From positions 18,416,001 through 18,480,000 of the forward strand of contig NC_087252.1 of NCBI RefSeq assembly GCF_037042905.1: a stretch of 64,000 nt of DNA, written 5' to 3'. Of this stretch, positions 1 through 13,725 are shown piece by piece. Every line of letters starts with the position of its first letter. Position 1 is the first letter of the stretch. A program made the translations under genes and the position numbers. A model generated the notes under the pieces. That model was not told where the DNA came from and searched no databases. It saw nothing but the letters and a program-made list of their open reading frames with translations. The stretch is from Lytechinus pictus. Its lineage: Eukaryota.

Positions 1-39
1 GTCTTGTTATTTTTTTGTCTTATTCCCTTTGTTCTGGTT

Positions 40-46
40 CTTCTTC

Positions 47-91
<45 letters not shown>

Positions 92-190
92 TTCATCCTT
101 TTCTTCATCTTCTTCTTCTTCTCTCTTCTTCTTTTTCATCTTCTTCCTTTTCTCCTTCCCATCATATAAATCATCATCTTCTTTTTCTCC
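40..190. repeat. (CAT)n / (CTT)n microsatellite, low complexity
   Basis: Direct catcatcat... run followed by cttctt repeats; explains the poly-His/Ser ORFs. Confidence 0.95.
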
Positions 191-365
191 TTATTTGTTT
201 CGTCTTCTGGTGTACATTCCAACGCACCATAGTTGGAACTTCTGATGTGGAATTATTTTTTTAATTGCTTTGTTCTTTTGTGGCAATTCAATACGATTAT
301 TCAAGACTTGACTCAAGTATACATGCATTACAATTTACGTCTGATCTCGTTTTCTTTATGATCAG

Positions 366-3300
366 ATACTCCAGTCAAGACGAAAGATAGCGTATCAGTT
401 CAGAAGGGTGCCATCTGTGTAATACCTTGTCAGATAGACATTCGCCACCGGAAGGTCTCCTGGGTTAAGGGTTCAAACGATACATTAATCACAGTGGAAA
501 CGTCGCACCATGCCTTCAAGAGAAGTGGACATCTTGGAGGTTTTTTCGACATTACCAAGGATAATTCTTTGGTCGTCAATAATGTGAAAATCCTTCATGA
601 TGGTAGCTACACCTGTCAGGTGACGGACTACGACACAGGCCATGTATTTCAGAATACTACAAGACTCCATGTCTTTGGTAAGTATTCCAGAATAAGTTTT
701 GTTCACTGTCTTCTGACATGGAAAGGGATATGTTAAGCCAGGGAAACATTCAAGGAAGAGGAGGGATGACTATAATCCTGATAATGAAAGGGCTATGATT
801 TGCCAAGTGGAGAAAAGAATGAAGGCGATGGAAATGAAATAATAAGATGGATAATAATAACAATACGAAAAAAATGTACATATATGCATGTATACACACA
901 CTTTTTGGGGACAAATCTTCATTTTATATCATTAACAAAATACAAAAATATCTACAAAAAAAGAAGCAAATAATGATGGAATGAAATACCTTAAAAACAT
1001 AAATACATACATATAATTAACTCAGCCCCGACCCTCTATGTTACTTATAATATATATGAGTAATATTGAAAGATTTGCAGAAAAAAAAGACAACATATTA
1101 TCGTTGCACCACGTTTTGCATTGAGTTTCTTCATACAATGAAACAAAGTATATTGACATTATACACCCATGCACACACTTAATCAACACACCCACACACA
1201 TACATGAACATAAATCCAAAAACTTTTCATGAACATTTGACATAGGGTACAGAGAATAAAAATCTGAATATCAGAATGACACAAGAGAAGGGGGAATTAA
1301 AGCAAACTAGTACATCAGCTAGTATCATCAACACTCACACCAAAATTGATATTCGTAGCACACTAGAATCATCCTGCACATAAACACACACATCCAAACC
1401 CCCACCCACAATTACAGAGAGAGAGAAAAAAAGAACAGAAAAGTACATGGGAAAAGGAAAATAGGAAGCCAAAGAAATAGGCCTGCGTTGGACAGAGTAG
1501 CTCTTGACATTATAAATCTTTTCGAGAAATGCACATGCTAGCTCAGGATCGTGCAGTATAATTATGGAAAGTTTGTCCATGGGGTCATCCTAAGTCGAAA
1601 ACGACTAAACAAATCTCCTGTGTTCTTTACCTGTAATTCATGTTTCTCATTGCATTTCGAAAGCTTATCCTCTGGAGCCGTTTCCTTCGATCAAAGAGTG
1701 TCCAGAAGGACAACAACATATTTCATCTTGTACTCTGCGCATAGAAGCTGAAACCATATTAACTTGTGAAGTTAAGAAGTACTACCCAGATATTGATCTG
1801 TACTTCAGGCACGGAACAACGAGAATTGATTCCCTGGAAACAACTGTGTGGAACAACACGGATGGTACAAGAAATAAAGTTATCACGATAGCAACAAATG
1901 GAACAATCCAAACTATCTTCGAATGTGTTGCATCAGGAATGGTCGGGGAAGCCGAAGACCGAACAGTGACAGTTCACCTGATTCGGGATGGTCAACAGAA
2001 TCTAGTTATAATAACAATTGTTGTCCGTAAGTATGAGCTAAGAATTTAATGTGTAGGGCCTGCATGTATAAATATTTATTAACTCATTCATTAGTATATA
2101 AAGGGAATGATGGCAGTTTCAATGAATTAGGTAATGTCAATGTTTTATGTTCTAGTTGCATGTTCCAGAGCTTATTGTCTACAGCCATTCCGTACGATCA
2201 ATGACCATTGATTACCAAGGGAAACAAGATATTGCATCTTTATAATTATTACTTATTGATAGATTGATTGATTGATAATGAATACAATTGATACTGCATC
2301 AGAGAGTAATCGTAATAAAGGAATGTGTAATTCTATAATAAAATTAATGAATTGCTAATCTGAGTGAGTTAACAGATAAAGCCAAATCCTTTTACGTTGG
2401 AAAAGGGGGTATAGTGCGGATGAGCGCGCCTGTTTATAGACCCAATACTTCGAAGCCAGGATAAAACTTTAAAGCTCATCAATTGTGGGCTGTACAAACT
2501 CCAGGTATTGGATCCTTTTTATTCAATCATTGCCATTGGTGTAAATCCGTGACGTCATACTATTAAAGGGGGGGGGGGGGGTATAGGGAGAAGCAAAAGA
2601 TCATTCTCGAACTGGGGAGCGCTTCATCAAAATTTTTGTCCGACAAGTTGTCAGCTCTGACAATTTTCCTTGATTTGAATGGCTGACACAGTTCCTATTG
2701 TAACTGCTGGAAAAACCAAGACTTGCCGGATAAAACGTCCTGTGCACAAATACACGCACCCTCAGACTCCAACATTCCACGCTCTATCTCACCTCACACA
2801 CAATAAATCGCCATCACACCCCAAACACGTAACCATAATCACATCTCCATACACTCTGTCGCCATCTCACTTCATCCACTATTTCACTGTCTTACCTCTC
2901 GCAGCGCGCACACCCAATTACAATCATACCAAACGCACACGCGCAATCATCGCCACACGATTCATCGACATCACATCCCATAATTATGTACACGCTCAGT
3001 CATCATCACACCCAACACACATCCGTTCACTACACAAATGCTCACACATTACACGCCACCCACACTCGGTCCTCATTTTCAATCACCCATCCTGCACATG
3101 CTCATCATCATCAAACAACCACACCACAATCATATTCAATCACCGTCAAACGCACGCCAAACGACCATCACACACCCTCAAATAGATCATCATGCATATA
3201 CCGCAAGCTCAATTATCTCTATACACATATTCAATCACCATCACACACACAATAACCATCCCAAGCACCCCCTATCACCGTCATCAGCAACATACCACTC

Positions 3301-3884
3301 TCAACCTCCATCACCATCATGCAAGCGCAAATATTGCTCATCATCATCATTGCAAAAAAGTTCACTTACCACCCCGCATATTCAATCACCCACACAAGCT
3401 CTATCACCATCCCATGCACTCTCATACCTCCACACATCCGCCACCCTCAATCTCGCACATCACACACTCAATCACTACATACACACGCTCACACATGCAT
3501 CGTCAGATCCCACACATGCTCAATCACCACATACGCTCTATCAAAGTCACACACACGTTTATTATATCACCCACACACGCTTTATCACAGTCCCACACAC
3601 GCTTTATCACATTCACACACACGCTCAATTACCCACATACCTCACCCACGTTCCATAACCATCATGCAGGCGCAATAACCATACCACACACGCAGAAACA
3701 CCCACATACCCCACACATTATCCGCCACCCTCAGTCACACATACCACACGCTCAATCACCATCACACACACACACGCTCAATCACCACCATTTCCCACAC
3801 ATATGCTCAATCACCATCACACACACACACACACACACACGCTCAATCACCACCATTTCCCACACATATATGCTCAATCACCAT

Positions 3885-3916
<32 letters not shown>

Positions 3917-6900
3917 CAATCATCACCATATCCCATGCATTTTGTAAAATCACCATCAGACAAAAATGCGCTCAATCACCGACATACCGTACCCCACACA
4001 TTATCCGCCACCCTCACTCACACACACATATGTTAAGTCAACATTACACACACGCGCGCGCTCAGTCATCACCATATCTCACACATATATATGCTCAATA
4101 CCCATCACCACACACACACAGTCATCATCAGTTCCCACACATGTATGCTCAAGCACCATCACACAAAAACTCGCCCAATCACCCACATACCTCACACATT
4201 ACCCACAATCCTCCCTCACACACACCACATGCTCAATCACCCACACACAAAAACGCTCAATCATCATCAGTGGCACACATGATTGGCACAGATGCGCTTT
4301 ATCATCATCACATCTGACACATTGACTTGAATCGAAAATTCATTATCCCTTACAAGATCTTTGCCTTTCACTGCATGGTGCATAACAAATACAAATGTTT
4401 AAAAAGAACATGAGGTCAACGTGAGATAACAGGTATAAATCAACATTTCTAAATCAGCATGTTGGTATACGTTCACTAACGGCATGTTAGTTTATGTTCG
4501 GGGCATACATAGTGAAATGTTGGGAGGCGATTAAAGCTTGGTACTTGGTCTTTGACTATTGGATCCAGCTACACTTGAAATGAATACTTACAATTTGCAC
4601 TCTTAACCCTAAATAGACTGGGCTATTTCGACGCCTAAGAAGACTGGGGGGGGGGGGGGGGCTGATTCAGCCCCCCTTATGATCTCGGCCGTCGATCGCG
4701 CGATCGCGACGAAAATTGGCATGCGCGTTACCCATGGCATTATCTACAAAACTATAATATCAAATTCTGCGAAAAATCTCATTGCTCATTAATTATGCTA
4801 ATTTATGCGTAAAATCATAAGTTTGCTCTAATTAATAAAATAATGCCCCTAAAATGCTAATTTTTGTTTCACATACTCTAGATAGGCATCTGATCAAATT
4901 TATTTTTCAAAATTTTCAACATCACATTTATTTTCTTATGTATTCTATTGTTTTCTAAATTTCTTATGTATTTCTTTGTTTTTCGACTTTTTGTTTTCTA
5001 TTGTTTTTTTCAATGGAAATCGTCAGGGACTTTATTTTGACCATAAAAAAGATAAAATTAATTGATTTTAAGCAGTAAAAGTAAAAATAATGATACATTT
5101 ATGAATTTTGGCTAAAAACACCATTGCATTGGATTTGTACACAAATTCACGTTTTTTAGTAATTTTGGGTCTGCATGCACTTACGAAATGTTGTGTAATT
5201 TCGGAACCGCGTACCCGGGGGTCACAATTTAGGTCTCAAAAGTGGCGCAAGACCTGAAAGTAAAAAGTCAGCGAGTGACGTGGTCAAAAAATTTCGCGCG
5301 GCAGATTTATCGCGAAAAATGTTGAGGGGGGGGGGGCTGAATCAGCCCCCCAGTCTTTTTAGGGTTAAAGCTACTGACCAATGGACTATCCTGGCAAACA
5401 TGAAGGAAAACGATTTAAAAAATATGTGTGTTGGGTGAGGGAGGGAATACACGCTCAATGAACATCAACACACACATGTACGCACCCACCCACATACACA
5501 CACACACACTTCCATACATGCACATTTGCACACACTCGCACACCCAACAATATCAACAACACAGACAACACAAATAAAACAGTCAGAGGAGTATCAATTT
5601 TCATAAGCCTTTCCTGAATTGCCTCATCTTACGGTCTAACAGTTTTAACAGTCAAATTGAAAATAAATTGGAAGAAATATCTAGGAATAAGGTAGACAAT
5701 ATAAACTCATAGAAATGCATGTAAATTTCCAAATCTGAAGAGTCTAGAATATATACAGTGCGTCCCAAAAAAAAATATACACTTTTGAAATGGCTGCCAA
5801 ATAAAAAATATAGCACTTTGGGGGAAATAACTCATAGATATGGAAAGCCAATAAAGTCAACTTTCAAGTGACACCAAAAAGTTGGAAAACTATTCATGCT
5901 TGAGCGAGCACTGCCCACTGAAACAAAGGGTATGAAAATTAGGGTGGGCCGGAATTAGCCTTCCAATTTCTTTCAGGTTTTTTGTTTGGTACTTGCAAAG
6001 TTGAGGGTTATTTGGTGAATTAAAGATCAGTTGTGATCAGTTTGTTGTTTTTGAAAATTTAATGCGTTATTAAATTGAATTTATTACATTGAAATTTAAT
6101 GCATGAGTGATCGTGAATTGCAATTTTTAGTGCAGCATTTTGTCTTTATCATGTGGATCTCAACAATGTGTTTATGAAAGTCAGGAGAAGAGGGGGTAAT
6201 ATGACTTAGGTGGGTGAAGTACGTTGATGGGATAAAGGTCAACAGAACATTAAGCAACCCCTCCCTCCATCTCAACCCCCCCCCGCTTCTCTCCTCCTCG
6301 GACACTAAGCTCGGCTAGGCTGGGCAGGAATTAGCCTTACAGTTTTTTTGAGTGGTTAGTCCTTGCGAACTTGCTAAGCTAAATTAATGAGTGAGATAAG
6401 TTTTGGTTTCTTAGGCAAATTTCACGAGTTACTAAATTGAAATTTAATGCATGAGTGAACAGGAATTGAAATTTTAGTGTAGCATATTCATCTTGTGGAC
6501 CTCAGAAGTGTGTTCGTGAGAGTCAGAGTAATGTGATGGTACCTGTTACAAGCAAGAGGGCGAGATATGCCAAGACTTGGTTAAAAGGGCATTCCTCTTC
6601 TTTTTGTCCTTTTACAAATTAAAAGTCATAATTATGTACCCTCCCCTCTCCACCTCCATTTCCCAGCCCCCCTCTCTGTCTCACTTCCTGGATTGTAGCC
6701 TATTCAAAACTAAGCTGCCAAGTGACCGATGGCTGATGGTCACTTTTTTTTATTGAATTATTACCAAGAAATTTAATGATTATGATGATTAATGAAATAA
6801 TTTATTGAAAAAAAAAATGAATGTTTGATTGATCACGTTGCACATTGAAAGAGTTGATTTACTGATAAATTGTTGATGAAATGATTGAAAGGAAAAAGTT

Positions 6901-9900
6901 GATGCCCCAATTCAGAATTAATCATTAAATCAACATTCCGCTCTGGACTTCACGCGTACATGACAATAGCCATCAGTCTCTCAACAGGAGGGGAGGGCGG
7001 GAAAGAGAGAGGGGGTGGGGGCTGAATGTTCTGTTGACCCTTATTCCATCAACCTACTTCTCCCACTTAAGTCCTATCTCATCCCCTATTCTCCCGACTC
7101 CCATCATGAACACACTGCTGAGATCCACATGATAAAGTTGAAATGCAGCCCCAAAAGTGTAATTTGTGTTCACTCATGCATTAAAGTTCAATTTAATAAT
7201 TTATAAAATTTGCATAAGTAACCAAAACTGGTCACGGTTGATCATTAATTTATCACAACGCCCTTAACTTTGCAAGTCCGAAAGGATTTGCCTCTTAAAA
7301 ACTGTCATAAATTGGAAGGCTAATTCCAGCCCACCCTAATTTTCATACCCTTTGTTTCAGTGGGCAGTGCTCGCTCAAGCATGAACAGTTTTCCAATTTT
7401 TTGGTGTCATTTGAAAGTTGACTTTATTGGCTTTCCATATATGTAAGTCTTTTCCCCCAAAATGTTATATTTTTTATTTGGCAGCCATTTCAAAAGTGTA
7501 TAGTTTTTTTTTGGGACGCACTGTATAAAGAAGCTATTCAAATTCAAATTCATTTATTTCACATCTCTAAAAATAAAACATACAAGATACAATACATCGA
7601 GATCAAATCAAATCAACCAAAATGATTCCATAGTAATGGAGTAAATAATTAATATTGTACAAATTATGAAAAAATACATAGGGTAATGAATGGGGTGTGA
7701 AGGAGTGGCAAAATCCAAAGAGACCTATCTAGGCTACTTCCTGATTAACATGTTATTACTGAAACATCTTGCAATCAACATATTTTATTGCACGAAGCAC
7801 AGATTAAGATTTATTTGGAACATTTTAAAGAATGTGTTTCATACATAACTTCATTTATGTTTCAGGTAATATAGAAATTGCGTAAATGTATAGCTTATAA
7901 AACAACATACATAGAAATGTTAATACTGGTTATTTCAATTAACTTTATCTTATATTTCAGCAATTATACTATTACTTGTAGTCACAAGTGTTGTCATCAC
8001 AGTATATGTGGTAAAGAGACGGAATAAACGTAAGTAATGTTTTTTTATTTCAATTTTTTCTTCATCACCAAAGACATTATTTTCAATAGAAAGTCGATAA
8101 TTATTTTAAAAAGTGATTAAATTGCTTATGAACGGAATAAATCATTGGAACACCAGTGCCTTAGATTTAAAATAATTTAGATGAAAGAAATGAACATCAG
8201 TGATGTTGGGAAGCGACTAGTTGTCTGTAGTACTGAATCTTTTTTTAAATCTGTTTTTCTTTATAGGAAAATACGACAAGGTCCCAACCATGGTTATGGT
8301 CTATAATCCCCAAAGACATGGTAAGATTTTTTTAAAAAAATATTTTTTATATGAACTATTTACAGGTGTACTGTACATAGTTCTATGTCATATAACAATA
8401 GTTATTGAGTTTTAAGTTGATTGAAACAGAATGTGAATGAAATACAGACTGTCAAATTGGATACAAAAGGGTTGAAAAAATGCTAACCCTGATCGAGGGT
8501 ATTTAATAGAATTCCAAACCAAATGAAATTATGATTTTTTTTGTAAAGTTGTGAATATGGCGGAAATACAGTTGATCCCGCATTAGACTTTCCATAATGT
8601 TACTTTAGTTTGCCTCAATTGCTGAGGCTGAAATAGAAAAAAAAAACACAATATGAAGAAGTAGTTTTATATTCACAATATCAATTGGGCAGGTAACCAA
8701 AAATTGATCTTTAAAATGAAAAGTAAATACTTTTGTTGCTTTGAAAGTGCTCTAAGATTTCAATTCAATATTGCACATGTGCCTATTGAAATAATTTGTG
8801 GAGAGAAATGTCTGAAGCAGCTTGAATATAATTTCCTCACTTTACACCCACCTATAGATCTTATTTCATACATTGAGCTGTGGAAATTGGTGGAGTTTGG
8901 TACCAAAAAAGGCATCAAAGATGCCAAATTTGAAGAGGCTCTTAAAAGTCTGATGCAAGAAATTTCACTGTCGACCAGTGGAAGCAGAACCTGTTCAAAG
9001 ACACCAACAGACACTAATGGAAATTATTACGACAGGTTTTGTGACTGGAAAGCTAATTACGTTGGGAACTCCCAGAAAGAAGCCTGTCTAGAGGCATGTA
9101 GCAAAGCTGGCTTAAATTCAGTAGTTGGCAAATTAAGAGGTAAGGTTAAAACAGACACCCCCAAAAATATGTTTTATAATTTCCTCTTTTTTGATATTCC
9201 ATTCATTGATAAATTCTTCCGATCAATTCCACGAAGTAGTATTTGCTGAAAGTTTGTTTTTAACAGACCGACTAAGAAGTTGTTCAAAACCTTACCTTAA
9301 GCTGGCATCCATGTAGTTCCTAAACTTATAATTGCCAAAACGGCCAATTTAAACAGCCGGCTTACCTCCAAATATATATATATTTTTTATTTGCAACAAT
9401 TTATAACATTGGTCTTGTAATCTTGCATACTGATTGTACTGAAATTAACGTAAAATTTTTTTTTAGATTATCTAGGGGAAATGATGTAATATGAATGTGA
9501 TTCTCATTGTTTAGACTACTCTGAATCTACACGAGCTATAACATTAGAGGACCTAGAACACACACTGTGGCACAGTACTGCCAACACTGAGAATATCATC
9601 GCACTCCTCCAGGGACTTGGAGTGGTGCATAAACCCCTTGAAGAAAGGAAGGACAAAGAGAAAGGTGTCATCAAAAACGTGATGACTTTATTGATGCAAT
9701 GGAGGGATACCAACAATCATGGAAATCAAGAAGTGATGTTAAGCCTGGCACTTGAGGCAATCAACTACACACCAAGCAATTTAGATTTTTTCCGAAGTAA
9801 GGAAACGACTGTACTTAGGGTGTACAATAAAGGCCTACCTAAAATACAATGGATATGAAAGTGATCCAATTAATTGGCTCAGTAAAGCGTCGATCACAAG

Positions 9901-11767
9901 TTCATGTGTTCAAATCCACCCTTGACACATGGGGCAGAATGTCATATATTTTTTCCCTGATCAAACGCTCGAATGGGGAGGGGGTGAGGGGAATTGAAGT
10001 ACATTTAAGCGTTATTTAATTTGTTTTATTTTTTAATTATTAAAAAAAAAACATTTCATACGGCAATAATGATATCATGCAAGATCGAATCTCAAGTTGA
10101 AATTCTGTGGACGTTTGCTTTTATGCTGCAAACGCCCGGAATCTATATATGTTCACACCAGAGAAGTGTTAAACAACACCAGTTTCATTTTGGTCTAACA
10201 CCAGAAAGGTGTTTAAACAACACCAATTAGTATTAAAACGGCATCGGTTTGATTCCAAGTTGGGTGTTGTTTCAATACTTCTCTGGTGTGGACATATATA
10301 GATTATGGGCCGGTGTTAAGTCAACACCGGCGTTTTGGCAGTGTAGGCCTTATCACCAAAAAATAATTCTGAATATTAATAATATAAAAATACATTCGCC
10401 CTATTAACGGTGCTCAAGGCGCTGTGCTTACAATGGATTACACAAAAACCTAACATTACACTTCACCGTTTGGCCATTCAATGAGTTTTAGTTTTCAAAC
10501 TGGCCTTGAGATGTTCTGCTGATCTACAGTCTTTTAGATAAGTTGGAAGGCTTTTAAATTGACAGAGAGCAGCTGATCTTGCAATGACCGATAGGTTTTG
10601 GAAATCAAAGATCAACAATAAAATTATTAGAAAAGAGAAGACCAAAGCAACCAGGTTTGAGAGTCAAGAAAAAATGAGATGCGTATTTCGCGAAATATCC
10701 AATGCGAACGCGAAGCGCGAGCTTTTGTGATGCAGACTTGCATGTGATTCAGTTCGCCTTTCGCCTCCCTGTCCCAGACATTTAACAATAATATTAAGAA
10801 ATAGCTAGTTACGCCTAGTAATATCCAAAACATTGATGGGATTAAGTGATGGTAAGAAGAGACAAAATTTCATAAAAAGATAACTTCTTTACTACCTGAT
10901 TTCTTTCAGCAAATAGACGAATACCTTAATTAAAAATATTGATTAGGTCGTTCTTCATTCCCTTCAGTACCTGATTGCAAGAAATCTGAACTGGATGAGA
11001 ATGAAATAAAGGAGCTGCTAATACCAGACTTGACATCACGACATTGCTCAATTCTGATCGATGTCATGGAGAACTACGATAAGACCAGTTGGTATCGTCT
11101 GGCAATCAAATATTTTGGTTCATCTCAGATAACAGTTTGGATAGAAAATGTAATCGACCAAAATAGGACATACCTGTTCGATAGCCATCAAATGTTAAAA
11201 GATTGGTGGTCTGAGCAGAAGTGCAGCAACTACGACAAAAGATTGAAGCTTCAGCGTGCTGCTGAGAAAGGTGAGAATTTTAACATGATAGTAATAATGA
11301 TTATTTTTACCATTTTTATTTATAAGTGATTATTATTATTGTCATCATCATTATTAATATGATCACCCTTATTGCTGTTTCATAAATAGTTCTTGATTTG
11401 CATTTAGAAGTGTTTTTTTATTACTATTAACACTGACATTGTTTTTAATGCTGTCATTAATAGAATCACCATCGACAGCATCGTCACAATTCTATAATTG
11501 GCAGAATTTCAGGTATGCCATAGTGATCTTCACTGCAATGCCATTCCTGTAAAATGAATATAACATTTTTTCTTGTTCAATGAATGATTCCCATGTCATG
11601 ACATACTTTATAAAAGAACATACATTTGTTTTCCATGGAGTGTTTACCCCAACAACAATTAAAAAAAGACCTCCACTAAGACACCATAACACTGAAAATT
11701 CGTTCTATATCGAATAAAAAAAAAAGCGTGTTTGATTAGATATTCTCTTCTCATTTTCACAGCATGA
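366..11767 (+). CDS. Ig-superfamily type I membrane receptor (2 Ig domains, TM, 3 death-domain-like modules); 5' exons lie upstream of the window. Exons: 366-677, 1664-2026, 7961-8029, 8267-8320, 8858-9139, 9515-9796, 10968-11270, 11763-11767
   Basis: All junctions are AG/GT and phase 1. Exon 1 has VIPCQ..VSWVK..SLVVNNV..DGSYTCQV (Ig V/I-set); exon 2 has LTCEVKKYYPDIDLYF..FECVASG (C-type Ig). TM LVIITIVVPIILLLVVTSVVITVYVV is followed by KRRNK. Three ~94-101 aa helical exons have DD-like W motifs (FCDWKAN, LMQWRDT, LKDWWSE). The last micro-exon is tentative. Confidence 0.75.
2745..4320. repeat. CA-rich degenerate minisatellite (gctcaatcaccatcacacac-like units) in an intron
   Basis: Recurrent ctcaatcacc/cacacac motifs; His/Thr-rich ORFs in all three + frames. 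Confidence 0.85.
4607..5364. mobile_element. piggyBac-like non-autonomous element (MITE)
   Basis: TTAA at 4603-4606 and 5365-5368; TIRs CCCTAAATAGACTGGG / CCCAGTCTTTTTAGGG; subterminal gggctga(t/a)tcagccc hairpins. Confidence 0.85.
5756..7523. mobile_element. Tc1/mariner-like non-autonomous foldback element with long TIRs
   Basis: TA-flanked CAGTGCGTCCCAAAA...TTTTGGGACGCACTG; inverted match of >200 bp (about 5756-5970 vs 7310-7523) continuing more weakly inward. Confidence 0.9.
10122..10345. mobile_element. Short palindromic MITE
   Basis: acaccagagaagtgttaaacaacacc is inverted as ggtgttgtttcaatacttctctggtgt; the ends are imperfectly inverted. Confidence 0.55.
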
Positions 11768-11946
11768 AAGCTAAATTAAGTAGTCTCTACCCCTTATGCT
11801 GTACACATCAACACTCTTTACAATTGCACAAGAGCCATACAGTTTTAATTTCTTGGTAGTATACACACACATATATACACACATATTACACACACACACA
11901 CATATAGATATATGTATATAACAAAATAATGCTGAAGATAAAGTTT

Positions 11947-11947
<1 letters not shown>

Positions 11948-12005
<58 letters not shown>

Positions 12006-12236
12006 AAAGAAATGGACGAAGAGAACAATGGTAGGCGTAGCTTAAATCAAGGTTCCCCAGAGCTATCTACCCTTTGGAAAAATTGTTGATGCCGAAAAAA
12101 TGTCTCTGCCGGGAATCGAACCCGGGCCCCCAGCTTTGAACGCCGGTGCCTTAACCACTAGACCACAGAGACGGGTTAGTGGCTAGGGCGACCCCGATCC
12201 GATTGACCGTCAGATAGACAGATTTTCGACACTATA

Positions 12237-12279
<43 letters not shown>
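11948..12279. repeat. (TA)n tracts bracketing a ~240-bp insert that carries the tRNA-like gene
   Basis: (TA)n at about 11948-12001 and 12239-12279; the insert has short inverted ends ATGGTA...TACCAT. Confidence 0.8.
12101..12172 (-). tRNA. tRNA-like gene, Glu-like body, anticodon UCA, directly followed by a T6 Pol III terminator; probably part of a small repeat element
   Basis: Minus strand GTCTCTG TG GTCT AGTGGTTA AGGC A CCGGC GTTCAAA GCTGG GGGC CCGGG TTCGATT CCCGG CAGAGAC A TTTTTT: all four stems pair, A and B boxes present. Confidence 0.75.
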
Positions 12280-12282
<3 letters not shown>

Positions 12283-12988
12283 TGCGTCCAACAAAAAACG
12301 AAACCTAGATTTATCGATGATTTATCATAACTTAATCACAAATAAAATAGACAAATGACCTACCATTGTCAAGCTTAGAATCCCCTCTTTCATCTGAAAT
12401 TATTTAGATTAATTCTCATTCACGCGTCAGTGAGCAAAAACAATTTGAAGAGGGGATACCAAAAAGTCATTTTGCGGGCTGTATCTGGGTTTCAAAAAGA
12501 AAATCATATTTTAAATAAATTCAATATCTGCTCTTTAATTTGATACCTCAATTACAGAAAATGGTCTAGAAATAACAAAGTTCTGGTTATTTGACATAAG
12601 GCTTGAATTTCAATAATTTCATAACATGAAGAGGTTTTTACAGGCTAGCGTTCAAACTCACTCGACACTCCGTTTTGTTGACAATCAGCCATGGATAAGT
12701 CTTTTGTTAACCATGCGATAGCTTCTGTGGGAAACCGGTGAAAACACGTTTATTTAATAAAATTATGGAAATACAAGCATTGTTTTGAGGGAACATAACT
12801 TGTTTACTTCTTGGTAATTTTTTGTGATTAAGGTATCAAATAAAAGTGCTGATATTGAACTTTTTAGGCATGTGATTTTCTTTTTGAAATTCAGAAACCC
12901 CCCGCCAAATGAGTTTTTGGTATCAGGAAAATCCCTATTGTCGAAAATTTGATCAACTTTTCTATCTACGGTTGTTTTATTCACCTTG
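12280..12988. mobile_element. Tc1/mariner-like MITE with degenerate TIRs
   Basis: Starts TA|CAGTGCGTCC like the 5756 element; internal inverted segments at about 12485-12590 vs 12795-12900. Confidence 0.6.
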
Positions 12989-13037
12989 TATTTTGCTTTA
13001 TACTACCACAACCGACGCAGGACCTTCATTTATATAT

Positions 13038-13109
<72 letters not shown>

Positions 13110-13113
<4 letters not shown>

Positions 13114-13725
13114 GTGATCAATCTTGGCGATGTACGTGTACGGGTCTCCTTTATAATTATATCTGAGATCAATAGTATGGAGACGGCCGTAGCAAGGTCA
13201 ATACCCGTCTTCATCAAGCTTTCGGGCACATGCCCTTCATCAGGATCTAAACCAATATATAAAATACAAAATATAGGCCTACTAATAACAATGGTAAATA
13301 CAATGCAATGCAATATATAACGGAGATAAGTAATTATAGGTCATAAATAATAATCAATTATACATGCAAGGTAATGGTAAGTCAATACGTACGAAGTATA
13401 GAATATATAGTTACCGTAGGGTCCGTAAGTACAGTGTGTTGTTGACAGTTGTCCTCGTCTTCGAGGACACTTAAAATACCTTTCAATATACAAAGACAAA
13501 GGTATTGTTCCAAAAGGTCTTTTACTGGACAAAACGCAATCCTTCAAGTGCAACGATGCCTTCAATCGTCAATGGACCATAGCTCTATGGAAAGCCTCTT
13601 GTGAACTCCGGGACATGACAATCAACAACGTAACCGATCAGATCCTTGGAAAAGAAAAGGAAATCGCTCACTTGAAAAGCCAACTTTTTGATAGTACTTC
13701 CCCACATCACTATCACGGTCTAATG
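13110..13725 (+). mobile_element. Penelope-like element fragment (pLTR with hammerhead plus N-terminal ORF piece) interrupted by the large DNA transposon
   Basis: Open frame at about 13459-13725, LRGHLKYLSIYKDKGIVPKGLLLDK...FNRQWTIALWKASCELRDMTI, resembles the H..L......I.PKGL..W..AS..L N-terminus of PLE ORFs; next to (TA)n and the hammerhead. Confidence 0.55.
13205..13248 (-). ncRNA. Minimal hammerhead ribozyme-like motif (Penelope-associated type)
   Basis: Minus strand AUC-CUGAUGA-A-GGGCAUGUGCCC-GAAA-GCUU-GAU: core boxes, helix II GGGC/GCCC, helix I AUC/GAU, palindromic AGCU in place of helix III. Confidence 0.7.

Noticed and set aside
2679..4325. His/Thr-rich ORFs up to 251 aa
   Set aside because: Open in all + frames because the CA-rich repeat lacks stops; lies in the receptor gene intron
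12101..12172. tRNA-Sec
   Set aside because: Has UCA but lacks the long variable arm and extended acceptor/D stems of tRNA-Sec
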